Part shown: piece after piece, positions 8,586-17,458 of the stretch
Layout: each line of letters starts with the position of its first letter
How positions within the stretch are numbered: the stretch's first letter is position 1
Position numbers and translations under genes: made by a program
Assembly: GCA_050485465.1 (NCBI GenBank)
Contig: JBJHBL010000067.1
Coordinates: forward strand, 1 to 24,000
DNA: 24,000 bases
Direction of reading: 5' to 3'
Origin: Limnoraphis sp.
GTDB taxonomy: Bacteria > Cyanobacteriota > Cyanobacteriia > Cyanobacteriales > Microcoleaceae
Notes under the pieces: model-generated
Databases searched by the model: none
What the model was told of the DNA's origin: nothing
Seen by the model: only the letters and a program-made list of their open reading frames with translations

Positions 8586-9065
8586 GTGATGACCGAGCCA
8601 CCCTCATCTTCGTTGACTCCCGAACAATATCACACTCAAATTGAGACGGTGATCACCGTCCTTAAACAGGATTTACCGACTCTATTTGAAAAAGACATTT
8701 CCTACGGGATTTATACTTCAGATATTTATTTTACAGATCCAGTCAATACCTTTAAAAGTAAGTTCAACTATCGGATTATTTTTTGGACGTTACGATTTCA
8801 TGCGAGATTATTTTTTCGCAAAATTTATTTTGATTTGCATCAGGTTCAACAAACAGACGTTGATGTGATCACGGCTGAATGGACGGTACGAGGAACCCTC
8901 AGACTTCCCTGGAACCCGCAAATTTTCTTCAACGGTTCCTCTGCTTATCAACTCAACGAACAAGGTTTAATCTATCACCATCAAGATACTTGGGATCGTT
9001 CTCCTCAAAGTATTTTAAAACAGTTTTTTCAAGGTCAGTCAGAGTCTGAGCCAAAATCCAGCTAA
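8586..9065 (+). CDS. DUF2358-type (NTF2/SnoaL-like) protein conserved in cyanobacteria and plants
   Basis: A 159-aa ORF starting at GTG 8586 or ATG 8589. The pattern DISYGIYTSDIYFTDPVNTFKSKFNYRIIFW...WTVRGTLRLPWNP...YHHQDTWD fits my recollection of that family. Confidence 0.65.
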   Translation: MMTEPPSSSLTPEQYHTQIETVITVLKQDLPTLFEKDISYGIYTSDIYFTDPVNTFKSKFNYRIIFWTLRFHARLFFRKIYFDLHQVQQTDVDVITAEWTVRGTLRLPWNPQIFFNGSSAYQLNEQGLIYHHQDTWDRSPQSILKQFFQGQSESEPKSS

Positions 9066-9182
9066 AAGTCGCAAAATTACTCCTTTTGGTTCGGTTTTAC
9101 TCACTATAACTCGGTGTGATTTAAGGTTAGGCTATAATCAAGGATAGCTAAATGTTTAGCTGAAAACTACAAAACGTTTAAA

Positions 9183-9509
9183 ATGCACAATCAAGATTTA
9201 TCAAATCGCACTCCTGATTTTTTCAACGATGCTTCCTCTGACGGAAATCAACTGTTAAAATATCTTCAGTCCATGAACCCGGAAATGATCGCTCAACTCT
9301 CCCAACCCGATCCCGAAGTGGCTCAAGTCATGGAACAGCGTCTGATGCAATTATTGGGAGGCTTACCCTCGGAACATTTTGATGTTAGTATTACAACGAA
9401 TCGTAAAAATTTGGGTCGTCTTCTCGCTTCAGCGATGATGAATGGTTACTTTCTCTACAAAGCAAAACAACGCATGGACTTTGAAAAATATATTTCTGAG
9501 TCTCATTAA
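9183..9509 (+). CDS. DUF760 family protein
   Basis: A 108-aa ORF. LLKYLQSMNPEMIAQLSQPDPEVAQVMEQ...LLGGLP...LGRLLASAMMNGYFLYKAKQRMDFEK matches the DUF760 pattern, including the GYFL core. Confidence 0.7.
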   Translation: MHNQDLSNRTPDFFNDASSDGNQLLKYLQSMNPEMIAQLSQPDPEVAQVMEQRLMQLLGGLPSEHFDVSITTNRKNLGRLLASAMMNGYFLYKAKQRMDFEKYISESH

Positions 9510-9552
9510 ACTATAATTCAAGATGAGTTTTGTATAGTTTTGAGATCAACAG

Positions 9553-10389
9553 ATGACGGATAACGCTTTAGTTGTTTCTGCTTCTTGGTTAGCAACTCAC
9601 CTGAATGATCCTGATGTTGCGATTATTGATTGTCGCTTTTCCTTAGCGAATGGGGAGTTGGGAAAACATCAATATCAAGAAAGCCATATTCCGGGTGCAT
9701 ACTATTTAGATCTCAATCGCGATCTGTCTAGTCCTGTGGGTAAACATGGGGGTCGTCATCCTCTCCCTGATCCGATGAAATTAGCTCACAGGTTCAGTGA
9801 AATGGGGATTCATTCTCATACCCTTGTGGTTGCTTATGATGACTCTAATTTTGCTTTTGCGGCTCGTTTGTGGTGGTTATTGCGATATCTCGGACATGAA
9901 AACATTGCGATTTTAGATGGAGGGTTTAGCGGTTGGAACACTCAAGGTTATCCTGTCACTCAGACTCAACCGGATGTTAAATTCGGTCAGTTTATTCCCC
10001 AAATCAATCCGGAATTGGTCGTTGATATCGAGACAGTCAAAGCCAAAAAAGATCACCCCACTGTTGCTTTAATTGATTCTCGAGATCCTGATCGCTATTT
10101 AGGAAAAGTTGAACCGATTGATCCGATTGCTGGACATATTCCCGGTGCGGTTAATTATCCCTGGAAACAGGTGTCAACTGAGGCAGGATATGTTAAAACA
10201 GACCAACTTTCTCAACACTGGACTGCGGTTAAAGATGCAGAAGAAATTATTGTGTATTGTGGTTCAGGGGTAACAGCTTGTGTGAATTTGTGGGCCTTAG
10301 AAATTGCCGGGATTCAGCACGGAAAACTCTATGCGGGGAGTTGGAGTGATTGGTGTTCTTATATGGATATAAAATCACCAGAAAGCTGA
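9553..10389 (+). CDS. sseA: Two-domain rhodanese sulfurtransferase (3-mercaptopyruvate/thiosulfate sulfurtransferase type)
   Basis: Tandem rhodanese architecture. The N-domain carries DCRF...HIPGA and the linker carries DSRDPDRY-G. The active-site loop is YCGSGVTAC, i.e. the CG(S/T)GVT form typical of the mercaptopyruvate class. It ends in GSWSDW. Confidence 0.88.
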   Translation: MTDNALVVSASWLATHLNDPDVAIIDCRFSLANGELGKHQYQESHIPGAYYLDLNRDLSSPVGKHGGRHPLPDPMKLAHRFSEMGIHSHTLVVAYDDSNFAFAARLWWLLRYLGHENIAILDGGFSGWNTQGYPVTQTQPDVKFGQFIPQINPELVVDIETVKAKKDHPTVALIDSRDPDRYLGKVEPIDPIAGHIPGAVNYPWKQVSTEAGYVKTDQLSQHWTAVKDAEEIIVYCGSGVTACVNLWALEIAGIQHGKLYAGSWSDWCSYMDIKSPES

Positions 10390-11825
10390 TCGGCTGTTGT
10401 ATTCTGTACAAATCCTAAGACGGTATTCGCCAGAGTATTCCGAATTAAAATCCCTGACATACCATCAAAGTTAAAGGGTTCTAGGGTTAAATTTTCTGCG
10501 GTTAATCCTTCTGTTAAAGCAATGCGATCGCCTAAACTAAAATCCATAATCACATCCGCTTGTAAGGGGTCATCAGTCGCAGCCACTGTGGATAAAATAA
10601 ACACATTATTACCCTTTCCTCCGATTAAAATATCTCGTCCCCTATCTCCACTCAGGGTATCATCACCCTCTCCCCCATATAGGGTATCATCTCCTTGACC
10701 TCCAAACAATAAATCATTGCCTGGGCCTCCTTCTAAGAGATCATTTCCCAGATTTCCATAGAGAATATCATCCCCCTCTCCTCCTCGGAGAATATCATCT
10801 CCTTGACCCCCAAATAAAGTATCATTTCCCCCTAAACCTTCTAGGGTGTCATTGCCTTGATTTCCGTTTAAAAGATCATCATGTTGACTTCCGATCATTA
10901 AATCATCACCGCTATTTGATAATGCGATGGTTTCTTCGATCCAGGTTTGATAAACTGATACTCTAGTATCACTAAAATATTCCCCAAAACTGGTATCATT
11001 AAAACCAGTTACATTAACCGTAGGATTGAGGGGAGTTTGACCAAAAGAACTAATCCCTGCTATTTTTCCGTCAATAAAAGCAGGTGATCCTGAATCTCCA
11101 GCACTAATGCCAATTTCTTCTATTCCTAATCCTAAGTCTATAATCCCATATTCAACCCCAAAAGCATCATTCATCCATAAACCATTATCAAAATCATAGG
11201 CAAGTTGAGTGCCAGGTAAAATATTACTTTGGGGATCATCATTAAAGATATCACTAAACGCATCATAGCGATTTTTTCCCTTGCGTTTAATAGAAGTATT
11301 ATCATCAAAGTTTTCGCCTGTCCATCCGGTTCCTCCGGCGCCATATCCAACTTTTTGAAACACTTGCCCCACTTCGTCAAACTGAGTGTAAAGGTGATAC
11401 CGATCTGCTTCTATCGGTGCAGTTTGATCAAGTTCGATCAGGGCAATATCAAAGTTATTATCATAATCGGATTCCCAATTTTGATGAATGAAAACTTGTT
11501 TTGCAGGGATGGCAATTCGACCGGAGGGTAAATCAAAATAAATTGTATAATTGTCTGGGTTAGGATTCAAATTTGGGGCCCGAGAAAAATCATCAAAACA
11601 GTGAGCAACGGTGAGAATATGACGACCTGTATAGAGGAGTGATCCTGTACAATCAATTCCTCCATTTTTTCCCCAGGCGACGACACCATCAAAACCCGTT
11701 CCCGGTTGAACCAAAAAACGAGGATCATTAGGGTCATTACTAGAAACAACAATTCTTGAACGGCGACGACTTTCTAAGGGAGAAGAAGATATATTCAGGT
11801 TGAAAGGATTGAAAAGATTAGACAT
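10359..11825 (-). CDS. Trypsin-like (S1) serine protease fused to an RTX calcium-binding repeat domain; probable type I secretion substrate
   Basis: The catalytic triad motifs are in order: LTVAHC (His), FDIALIEL (Asp), GDSGSP (Ser). Ten consecutive GGxGxDxLx nonapeptides follow. There is no N-terminal signal peptide. The ATG at 11825 is preferred over the TTG at 11828. Confidence 0.85.
   Translation of the reverse strand: MSNLFNPFNLNISSSPLESRRRSRIVVSSNDPNDPRFLVQPGTGFDGVVAWGKNGGIDCTGSLLYTGRHILTVAHCFDDFSRAPNLNPNPDNYTIYFDLPSGRIAIPAKQVFIHQNWESDYDNNFDIALIELDQTAPIEADRYHLYTQFDEVGQVFQKVGYGAGGTGWTGENFDDNTSIKRKGKNRYDAFSDIFNDDPQSNILPGTQLAYDFDNGLWMNDAFGVEYGIIDLGLGIEEIGISAGDSGSPAFIDGKIAGISSFGQTPLNPTVNVTGFNDTSFGEYFSDTRVSVYQTWIEETIALSNSGDDLMIGSQHDDLLNGNQGNDTLEGLGGNDTLFGGQGDDILRGGEGDDILYGNLGNDLLEGGPGNDLLFGGQGDDTLYGGEGDDTLSGDRGRDILIGGKGNNVFILSTVAATDDPLQADVIMDFSLGDRIALTEGLTAENLTLEPFNFDGMSGILIRNTLANTVLGFVQNTTADQLSGDFISI
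10596..10865 (-). repeat. Coding tandem repeat: 10 RTX nonapeptide units (27-nt period)
   Basis: GNQGNDTLE GLGGNDTLF GGQGDDILR GGEGDDILY GNLGNDLLE GGPGNDLLF GGQGDDTLY GGEGDDTLS GDRGRDILI GGKGNNVFI. Both boundaries were mapped back to the DNA. Confidence 0.85.
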
Positions 11826-12415
11826 CAAAATAGTAAATAAACGGCTGATAATTAGACGTTAACTCTTGATCGATTTTAAACAAAGATACTGGATGGGCGC
11901 GATAAAATTCTCAAACCCCCTTTTCTAGATTTCCCTTGACTGATCAACTGCTCAAATTGTTCCTCAACGGTTTTAAGTTTTTAAAACTAAAGTGGGTTGA
12001 TAACCCTGAGAAAGTTTGACTCAAAAAAGAGGGGCTGAAAGCGACACTTGAATAATCCCTATGCTCCAACATTATTTTAAGCGTTATTCAAAAAATTGAG
12101 GAGGAAACTTTGGTTTAAAAAAGGTTAAGTTATTCGGATCTGTTAGGGTGAGATAACCGCAATAAGCCCGAGGGTTAAATCCCCTAATCCTCTTGAAATA
12201 ACCCCCGAAAAAACTGACAATTCAAAGACTGTCACAAGTCGGAATCTTTTTGGATTCATTCCCGTCTATTTAAGAATTAATTGCCCATCATTACAATATC
12301 GTTAACTTGATGAAATATCCTGAACTCTATGGGGGCAAACTGAAACGGATGAGTGCTGTATAAACTAGAACTTGCGACTCACCCCGATTTATTATTGAAT
12401 TGAGAAAAACCTACT

Positions 12416-13156
12416 ATGTCCGTTCCTCGTCTATCTTTTTCTTCCTGGGGTTTGTTAGCTGCTGTATCACTCGGTTTAGGCTGTATTGGTTTAGTCAGTT
12501 TTCCCCAGACTTCTCCCGTTATTGCTCAAGAACAACAAATGAGAATGCTAACCGTTAGTGGTCAAGGTTTGGTCAATATTCCAACTTCCCTGACTCAAGT
12601 TCAACTCGGCGTGGAAGTCCAGGGAAAAACCCCTGATGAAGTTCAACAACAGGTCGCCAAACGCACATCTGCTGTGGTAGAATTATTGCGATCGCGCAAT
12701 GTTGAGAAACTCGAAACGACCGGAATTCGGCTCAACCCCACTTATAACTACAGCAATAGCCGACAAGAGTTAACGGGATACTCCGGGACAAACATGGTGA
12801 GTTTTCGGATCCCCACTGACCAAATTGGGAGTTTGTTGGATGATGCAGTCAGAGCGGGAGCAAGCCGTATTGATGGTGTGAGCTTTGTTGCATCAGATAC
12901 TGCGATCTCAACGGCTCAACAACAAGCTTTGAAGGAGGCGACTACCGACGCCCAACGTCAAGCAGATGCCGTTCTGGAAACCCTTAATTTAAGCAGACGG
13001 GAAATAGTGGGTATCCAGATTAATCATGCCAGTGCGCCGCCCCCTCGTCCTTTGCAGATGTCTGTTCGGGCGATGTCAGATGAAGCGGCACAAACCCCCG
13101 TGATTGGTGGAGAACAGCAGGTTCAAGCTTCTGTTACCTTGCAAATTCGCTATTAG
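12416..13156 (+). CDS. SIMPL-domain (DUF541) periplasmic protein
   Basis: Signal or TM N-terminus, then LTVSGQGLVNIPTSLTQVQLGVEVQGKTPDEVQQQVA...LETTGIRLNPTYNY...GYSGTN and a C-terminal QASVTLQIRY. This layout is typical of SIMPL proteins. Confidence 0.8.
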   Translation: MSVPRLSFSSWGLLAAVSLGLGCIGLVSFPQTSPVIAQEQQMRMLTVSGQGLVNIPTSLTQVQLGVEVQGKTPDEVQQQVAKRTSAVVELLRSRNVEKLETTGIRLNPTYNYSNSRQELTGYSGTNMVSFRIPTDQIGSLLDDAVRAGASRIDGVSFVASDTAISTAQQQALKEATTDAQRQADAVLETLNLSRREIVGIQINHASAPPPRPLQMSVRAMSDEAAQTPVIGGEQQVQASVTLQIRY

Positions 13157-13204
13157 TAGAGCCAGACAGGTAAAATCAGAGCGGTAATCATACAAACTAT
13201 TCAA

Positions 13205-13567
13205 TTGATCGTTATGTCTACTGCTCCCCTGACCTTAAACTTGATTCAAGGCTCAGTTTCAATTCGTTTTACTCCTGAAGCCGCTCAAGGCTTAAAAGCG
13301 GCGCTTGATGGACTGATGCTGCAACTCAAAGCAGTGGCGTCTTCAACTCCCGGTACAACAGGTAAACCCACACCCCAAAAATCGATGGAATATCAATATA
13401 CTGGGGATGTGTTTTTAGAAGTGTTTTGTAATCCCAACATTTGGCCGAGTCCCTTTGCGGCAAAGTTGCTGATTACCGTGCGAGATGACCGAATTAAGGT
13501 CAATAGTGAAGCGGAATTGACTCGTATTGTTGAAGATGTTAGCCAGTATTTAGAGCAAGTGGGTTGA
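13205..13567 (+). CDS. Hypothetical protein
   Basis: A 120-aa ORF starting at TTG 13205 or ATG 13214 (MSTAPL...). It shares a strand with its neighbours and fills the gap between them. I recognise no family motif. Confidence 0.5.
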   Translation: MIVMSTAPLTLNLIQGSVSIRFTPEAAQGLKAALDGLMLQLKAVASSTPGTTGKPTPQKSMEYQYTGDVFLEVFCNPNIWPSPFAAKLLITVRDDRIKVNSEAELTRIVEDVSQYLEQVG

Positions 13568-13676
13568 AATCCTGAATTTCTGGTTCGTCTGCTCGACCTA
13601 GTGTTAAAATATTCAACCAAATTGACTGGTTTTTCAGAAAACCGTCCGTTTTTCATTCACTCATGTTTTGATTCTC

Positions 13677-14075
13677 ATGAATGCCGATAACCTAACTCAG
13701 ATTCTGCACGAAGGATTCCGCGTCACACTCGGCGCCACTTCCTCTATAATTGAAATGCTGCAAGATTCGCAAAAGCGGAGTGAGAATCTAGAAAAAATTC
13801 AGTCTCAATGGAGTCAGCTTGCTGAGGAGTGGGCTGAAAAAGGAGAGGAAACTGAGGAGGAAGCCCGCAAATTTGTTGATAGTCTTTTAGAACAACAAAG
13901 CAACTCGGGGACGACTAAGCCGACAGCTTCGACGTCTTCTGTGTCTATGACAACCACAACCCCTGTTTCTGTTTCTGAACCCAATTCCGCAGAAGAACTT
14001 CAGGAACTCACCGCTCAAATTGCCGCCCTCCGACAAGAGCTAGAACGTTTGCGGGGAATTGATTCCTCTAACTAA
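13677..14075 (+). CDS. Hypothetical coiled-coil protein, phasin-like (COG3937-like) N-terminus
   Basis: Starts at ATG 13677 (the track uses TTG 13668). FRVTLGATSSIIEMLQD...AEKGEETEEEARKFVDSLL resembles the phasin-like regulator pattern. It has an S/T-rich linker and a C-terminal LQELTAQIAALRQELERLR heptads. Confidence 0.55.
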   Translation: MNADNLTQILHEGFRVTLGATSSIIEMLQDSQKRSENLEKIQSQWSQLAEEWAEKGEETEEEARKFVDSLLEQQSNSGTTKPTASTSSVSMTTTTPVSVSEPNSAEELQELTAQIAALRQELERLRGIDSSN

Positions 14076-14109
14076 CTTGTACAGACGGTTGGGTACTAAC
14101 ACAACAAAT

Positions 14110-14162
14110 AAGCCAGCTATTGGCTACCTGAGATGGATACCAGTAGCTCATCCAGCTGGCTT
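14110..14162. repeat. Two-tier inverted repeat downstream of the 13677-14075 gene; possible transcript 3' hairpin
   Basis: AAGCCAGCT (14110-18) pairs perfectly with AGCTGGCTT (14154-62). An inner GCTAC/GTAGC pair lies within. No U-tract follows. Confidence 0.35.
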
Positions 14163-14420
14163 GAGGTGAAATCATTTTAAAGGACACAACTAGATCTGTA
14201 AAAGTCAGTCACTCGTGGACTTGGTTGAGTTGATTTTCATCAAAAACATAGACAGCCTCACAATCTGGGGAGCCGCTGAGGTTCTCGATGAGTGATGTAA
14301 CGATTGATGACAAACATTGCCTAATCCTTGACAACTGTTGCCTGGACTACATCACAGGGAATGTTCAAACGCTATGCTAGATAAAATAAGACTCTGAATC
14401 TTGTTGCCTATGACCCGAGT

Positions 14421-14645
14421 TTAGTCGTTGTCCCAGGTTTCACAGCCAATCAGATCGCCGATCCGATCTCGTAGCAGGAAATTGCAAGCTTCTAACTCGC
14501 ACTCCACGCCCGCCCATTCCCGAGCCGGAATATACTGGCATAGTGTGTAAATCGGCTGCTGACGACTGACGACGCCTTGGCTTACGAGTTCGCGAGCCTC
14601 GTCTTTGATCAGATTGAGTGAGTATTGAACAGTGGTGTAAGTCAT
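14421..14645 (-). CDS. Small cyanobacterial protein, DUF4327-like
   Basis: A 74-aa ORF. ...DEARELVSQGVVSRQQPIYTLCQYIPAREWAGVECELEACNFLLRDRIGDLIG matches my recollection of the cyanobacteria-restricted DUF4327 family. Confidence 0.65.
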   Translation of the reverse strand: MTYTTVQYSLNLIKDEARELVSQGVVSRQQPIYTLCQYIPAREWAGVECELEACNFLLRDRIGDLIGCETWDND

Positions 14646-14932
14646 AAGATTTTCCCTCTTGGGGTTGCCTTTGGTGGTTTACGGCATCAAGATCTAATGA
14701 TAATGGAAAAATTGAATTTAGGGAAGTGTTTTTTTCAGTATAAGCGATTACAATTTTGCTTTAATCTTCCCATAAATAAATTAAAACCCGATAAAAGATC
14801 GCTCAAAGGGTTATCAGACCGGAGATTCACGCCTAGCTAGCTGAAAAACATTTGCTTCTTGAGGGACTGATGATCCCAATGGTCACGGAAAGCCTGAGTC
14901 CAACTTTGAACAACTCCTTTAGTCTTGGAGAT

Positions 14933-16573
14933 CTACAATTGTCCGGTTTCCCCTTCCGCAAAGCTTGACAGTTGTCCGAATAGGGTGTTTAATGCGATCG
15001 CCTGAGCAGAAGGCATTTGACCCAAAGAAAAGACATAAGGTAAGTTGGCGGGGATTAAAGGTTTAAACCGTTCTAAGACATAAGGACTACCGTAAATCAC
15101 TAAGGCTTGTATTTGACCCATTTTTAATAAATTCTTAAGCCTATTCTCTGCAACCTCAGTTAAACCTGCACTTCCCCGAAAAGGATTTCCACGAATAAAA
15201 ATCTGAAGCAACGTTAAACAGGCTTGAGGGTTGAGCGACTCCTGAAAACCGAGATCTTTGGAGTCAATCAGTTGCAGTTGATAGCCCCGTTCAGCCGGAA
15301 TGGCGATCGCTGGGGTATGATTGCCTAAAAAAGGACAGTTCAACAAATCATCGACAATCACCACATTTCGCCGGAGAGCGGTTTGAGGAGGAAAAGGCGG
15401 CAAGGGAATAGATCCCCCAGTTTTCAACGTCTTCTCAAGCAGATGAGAAACCGTATCACGAGCTAATGAACTTGATAGCTGTTGACTCAAACTGCTTAAA
15501 TCGCGTTTTTCAGTTTTCCACGGGAACCGACCCGGATCAGTAGTATTCCAACCCGGATACACTTGAGTTTTAGCCTTCCAAATGCGTTGTACAGAAGCTA
15601 GAATCCGCTCTGGAGAAATTCGACCCGAAACCACCGCATCACAAACCGAGCGAATTGCCACCTCTGGATCAACAGGCATCAATATAATATCAGCACCTGC
15701 CTCAATTGCCAAGATCGGAGCTTCTTCTGGGCTATATTGATTGGCGATCGCTCCCATCACCAAAGCATCCGTGACAATTAGCCCCTCAAACTGGAGCTTT
15801 TGACGCAACTGACCCGTTAAAATCGAGGGAGATAAAGTTGCAGGTCGTTGGTTATCCCAAGCCTCAATCAACAGATGAGCGCTCATCACCGCATCAACCC
15901 CGGCTGAAATTGCCGCTTGAAAAGGAAGCAACTCAAGCTGATTTAGACGTTGATCTGAATGGGGAATCGTCGGTAATTCTAAATGAGAATCGGTCGCCGT
16001 GTCCCCATGACCGGGAAAATGTTTGGCTGTTGTTAAAACCGCAGAAGATTGACAACCGCGAATAAAAGCGATCGCCAACTGACTCACCGTCGCTTCCGTC
16101 TCCCCAAAAGACCGCACATTAATCACCGGGTTATCGGGATTATTATTCACATCGACCACCGGAGCCAGAATCCAGTTTAAACCAATTGCTAAAGCTTCTT
16201 GAGCGGTGATCGCGCCCATCTGTTTAGCCGCCTCTATCGCCTGGTTAATATCCTGGGTTGCCAGAGTTCCTAAACTCATCGGGGGTGGAAACCAAGTTGC
16301 GCCTGCAAAACGTTGACCCACCCCTTCTTCAATATCAGCCGCTAACAGCAACGGAAACTTCGCCCAAGACTGGAGTTGTTGAGTACGAGCGGCAATTTCT
16401 ACAGCGCTCCCATCAACTAAGAGAACCCCACCTACCCCTAAGTCCTGTAACCAATGTTGTAACTGATGGGCTGGAGGCTCCCAAACCCCATAGCGAATTT
16501 GATGATCAAACAGATATCCAGAAGCTCGAACGACGACCATCTGGGCGACTTGTTCTGCTAGCGAAAGATTCAT
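14933..16573 (-). CDS. nagZ: Glycoside hydrolase family 3 beta-N-acetylhexosaminidase (NagZ-like) with a roughly 200-aa C-terminal extension
   Basis: GH3 N-domain motifs are present: [50 protein letters not shown]. Its start overlaps the rbfA stop (ATGA at 16570-16573), which suggests co-transcription. Confidence 0.85.
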   Translation of the reverse strand: MNLSLAEQVAQMVVVRASGYLFDHQIRYGVWEPPAHQLQHWLQDLGVGGVLLVDGSAVEIAARTQQLQSWAKFPLLLAADIEEGVGQRFAGATWFPPPMSLGTLATQDINQAIEAAKQMGAITAQEALAIGLNWILAPVVDVNNNPDNPVINVRSFGETEATVSQLAIAFIRGCQSSAVLTTAKHFPGHGDTATDSHLELPTIPHSDQRLNQLELLPFQAAISAGVDAVMSAHLLIEAWDNQRPATLSPSILTGQLRQKLQFEGLIVTDALVMGAIANQYSPEEAPILAIEAGADIILMPVDPEVAIRSVCDAVVSGRISPERILASVQRIWKAKTQVYPGWNTTDPGRFPWKTEKRDLSSLSQQLSSSLARDTVSHLLEKTLKTGGSIPLPPFPPQTALRRNVVIVDDLLNCPFLGNHTPAIAIPAERGYQLQLIDSKDLGFQESLNPQACLTLLQIFIRGNPFRGSAGLTEVAENRLKNLLKMGQIQALVIYGSPYVLERFKPLIPANLPYVFSLGQMPSAQAIALNTLFGQLSSFAEGETGQL

Positions 16574-16998
16574 TCAGGTTTTGAATTATCGGAGATGTAT
16601 TGCTCTGAAGAATCCTCCAGAGGTTGCTGATCTTGATCCGGTTTGCGGTTTTGAGAAATTTGATCCAGCAGCGATAACATTTTATCACCTCGCTCCAACG
16701 AACGATCTTCTAAAAATACAACTTCTGGAGTTCGACGTAAACGGACTCGTTGACCCAAAGAAGAACGGATATAACCTGTCGCTGCTCGTAAACCTTCCAT
16801 CGTTTCTTTGCGGGCTTCTTCAGTCCCGTAAATGCTGACAAAGATTTTGACGTGTTGAAGATCACCTGCAACTTCTACATCTGTGATGCTGACCATACCA
16901 CTTCCAACTCGATCATCTTTCACTTCTTGCATTAATATTTGACTCACCTCCCGTTTAATCTGTGCAGCCACTCGGGAAACTCGACGATCTGTAGGCAT
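16570..16998 (-). CDS. rbfA: 30S ribosome-binding factor RbfA, with an acidic C-terminal tail
   Basis: [31 protein letters not shown]...[20 protein letters not shown]...[21 protein letters not shown] is canonical RbfA. The ATG at 16998 is preferred over the GTG at 17010. Confidence 0.9.
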   Translation of the reverse strand: MPTDRRVSRVAAQIKREVSQILMQEVKDDRVGSGMVSITDVEVAGDLQHVKIFVSIYGTEEARKETMEGLRAATGYIRSSLGQRVRLRRTPEVVFLEDRSLERGDKMLSLLDQISQNRKPDQDQQPLEDSSEQYISDNSKPE

Positions 16999-17458
16999 GA
17001 CAATCTTCACCTAAGCTAGACTCTTACCAGTTTAACGTGAGGGTTTCCCCGATTTCCTAAATTTTTGTTCAGGGGAACTCTTTTTGCCCTGGAGAGAGTC
17101 AGATCCCTTAACGGACTCAATAATTCTTTCAACTTGCTGTTTCAATTGCAGTCTGAAACTCGATACAAACTGTGAACTTGTGCTGAGTTTATCAAAAGAT
17201 AATAGCACCCAAAATTTTAAAATAGTGCTGAAGTTGTGCCAATTTTTAGGTTGGTTTTTTTCTTGAACGCATCAATAAATGATCGATTTTAATTTTAATT
17301 AATTGTCTTCAAAGTATCAACAGCTTGATTCTAAAACCTCCCGGAATTTCTCATCAATAGAAAGAAATCAAGTTTACAAGGGAGTCAAAATACCCTGTCA
17401 AAATCACTCCCGAATCAGATAGCAAAATACTCTCAAGTCGAATTCCGAGTCATTTCTA

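Noticed and set aside
8686-8868. A 60-aa plus-strand ORF inside the DUF2358-type gene
   Set aside because: It is an alternative frame of a gene with clear family motifs.
11171-11752. ORFs 11171-11380(-), 11229-11531(+) and 11567-11752(-)
   Set aside because: They are embedded in the trypsin-RTX protease gene in other frames or on the opposite strand.
13393-13656. An 87-aa minus-strand ORF
   Set aside because: It is antisense to the 3' end of the 13205-13567 ORF and the following gap. It has no motif, and its neighbours are all plus-strand.
14288-14380. A 30-aa Cys-rich small ORF (MSDVTIDDKHCLILDNCCLDYITGNVQTLC) with GAGG 6 nt upstream; possible RiPP-like or small peptide gene
   Set aside because: There are no adjacent modification or transport genes, and an ORF this short with a chance SD is expected by chance in 350 bp. 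It cannot be supported without conservation or ribosome-profiling data.
14625-14840. A 71-aa plus-strand ORF between the DUF4327-like gene and nagZ
   Set aside because: It overlaps the DUF4327-like start antisense and has no motif. The region is more plausibly that gene's promoter region.
15838-16838. ORFs 15838-16065(+), 16258-16584(+), 16506-16688(-) and 16581-16838(+)
   Set aside because: They are antisense or out-of-frame shadows of nagZ and rbfA.
17084-17266. A 60-aa TTG-initiated ORF in the rbfA/transglutaminase-like intergenic region
   Set aside because: It has a non-ATG start, no RBS, and low-complexity composition with no motif.
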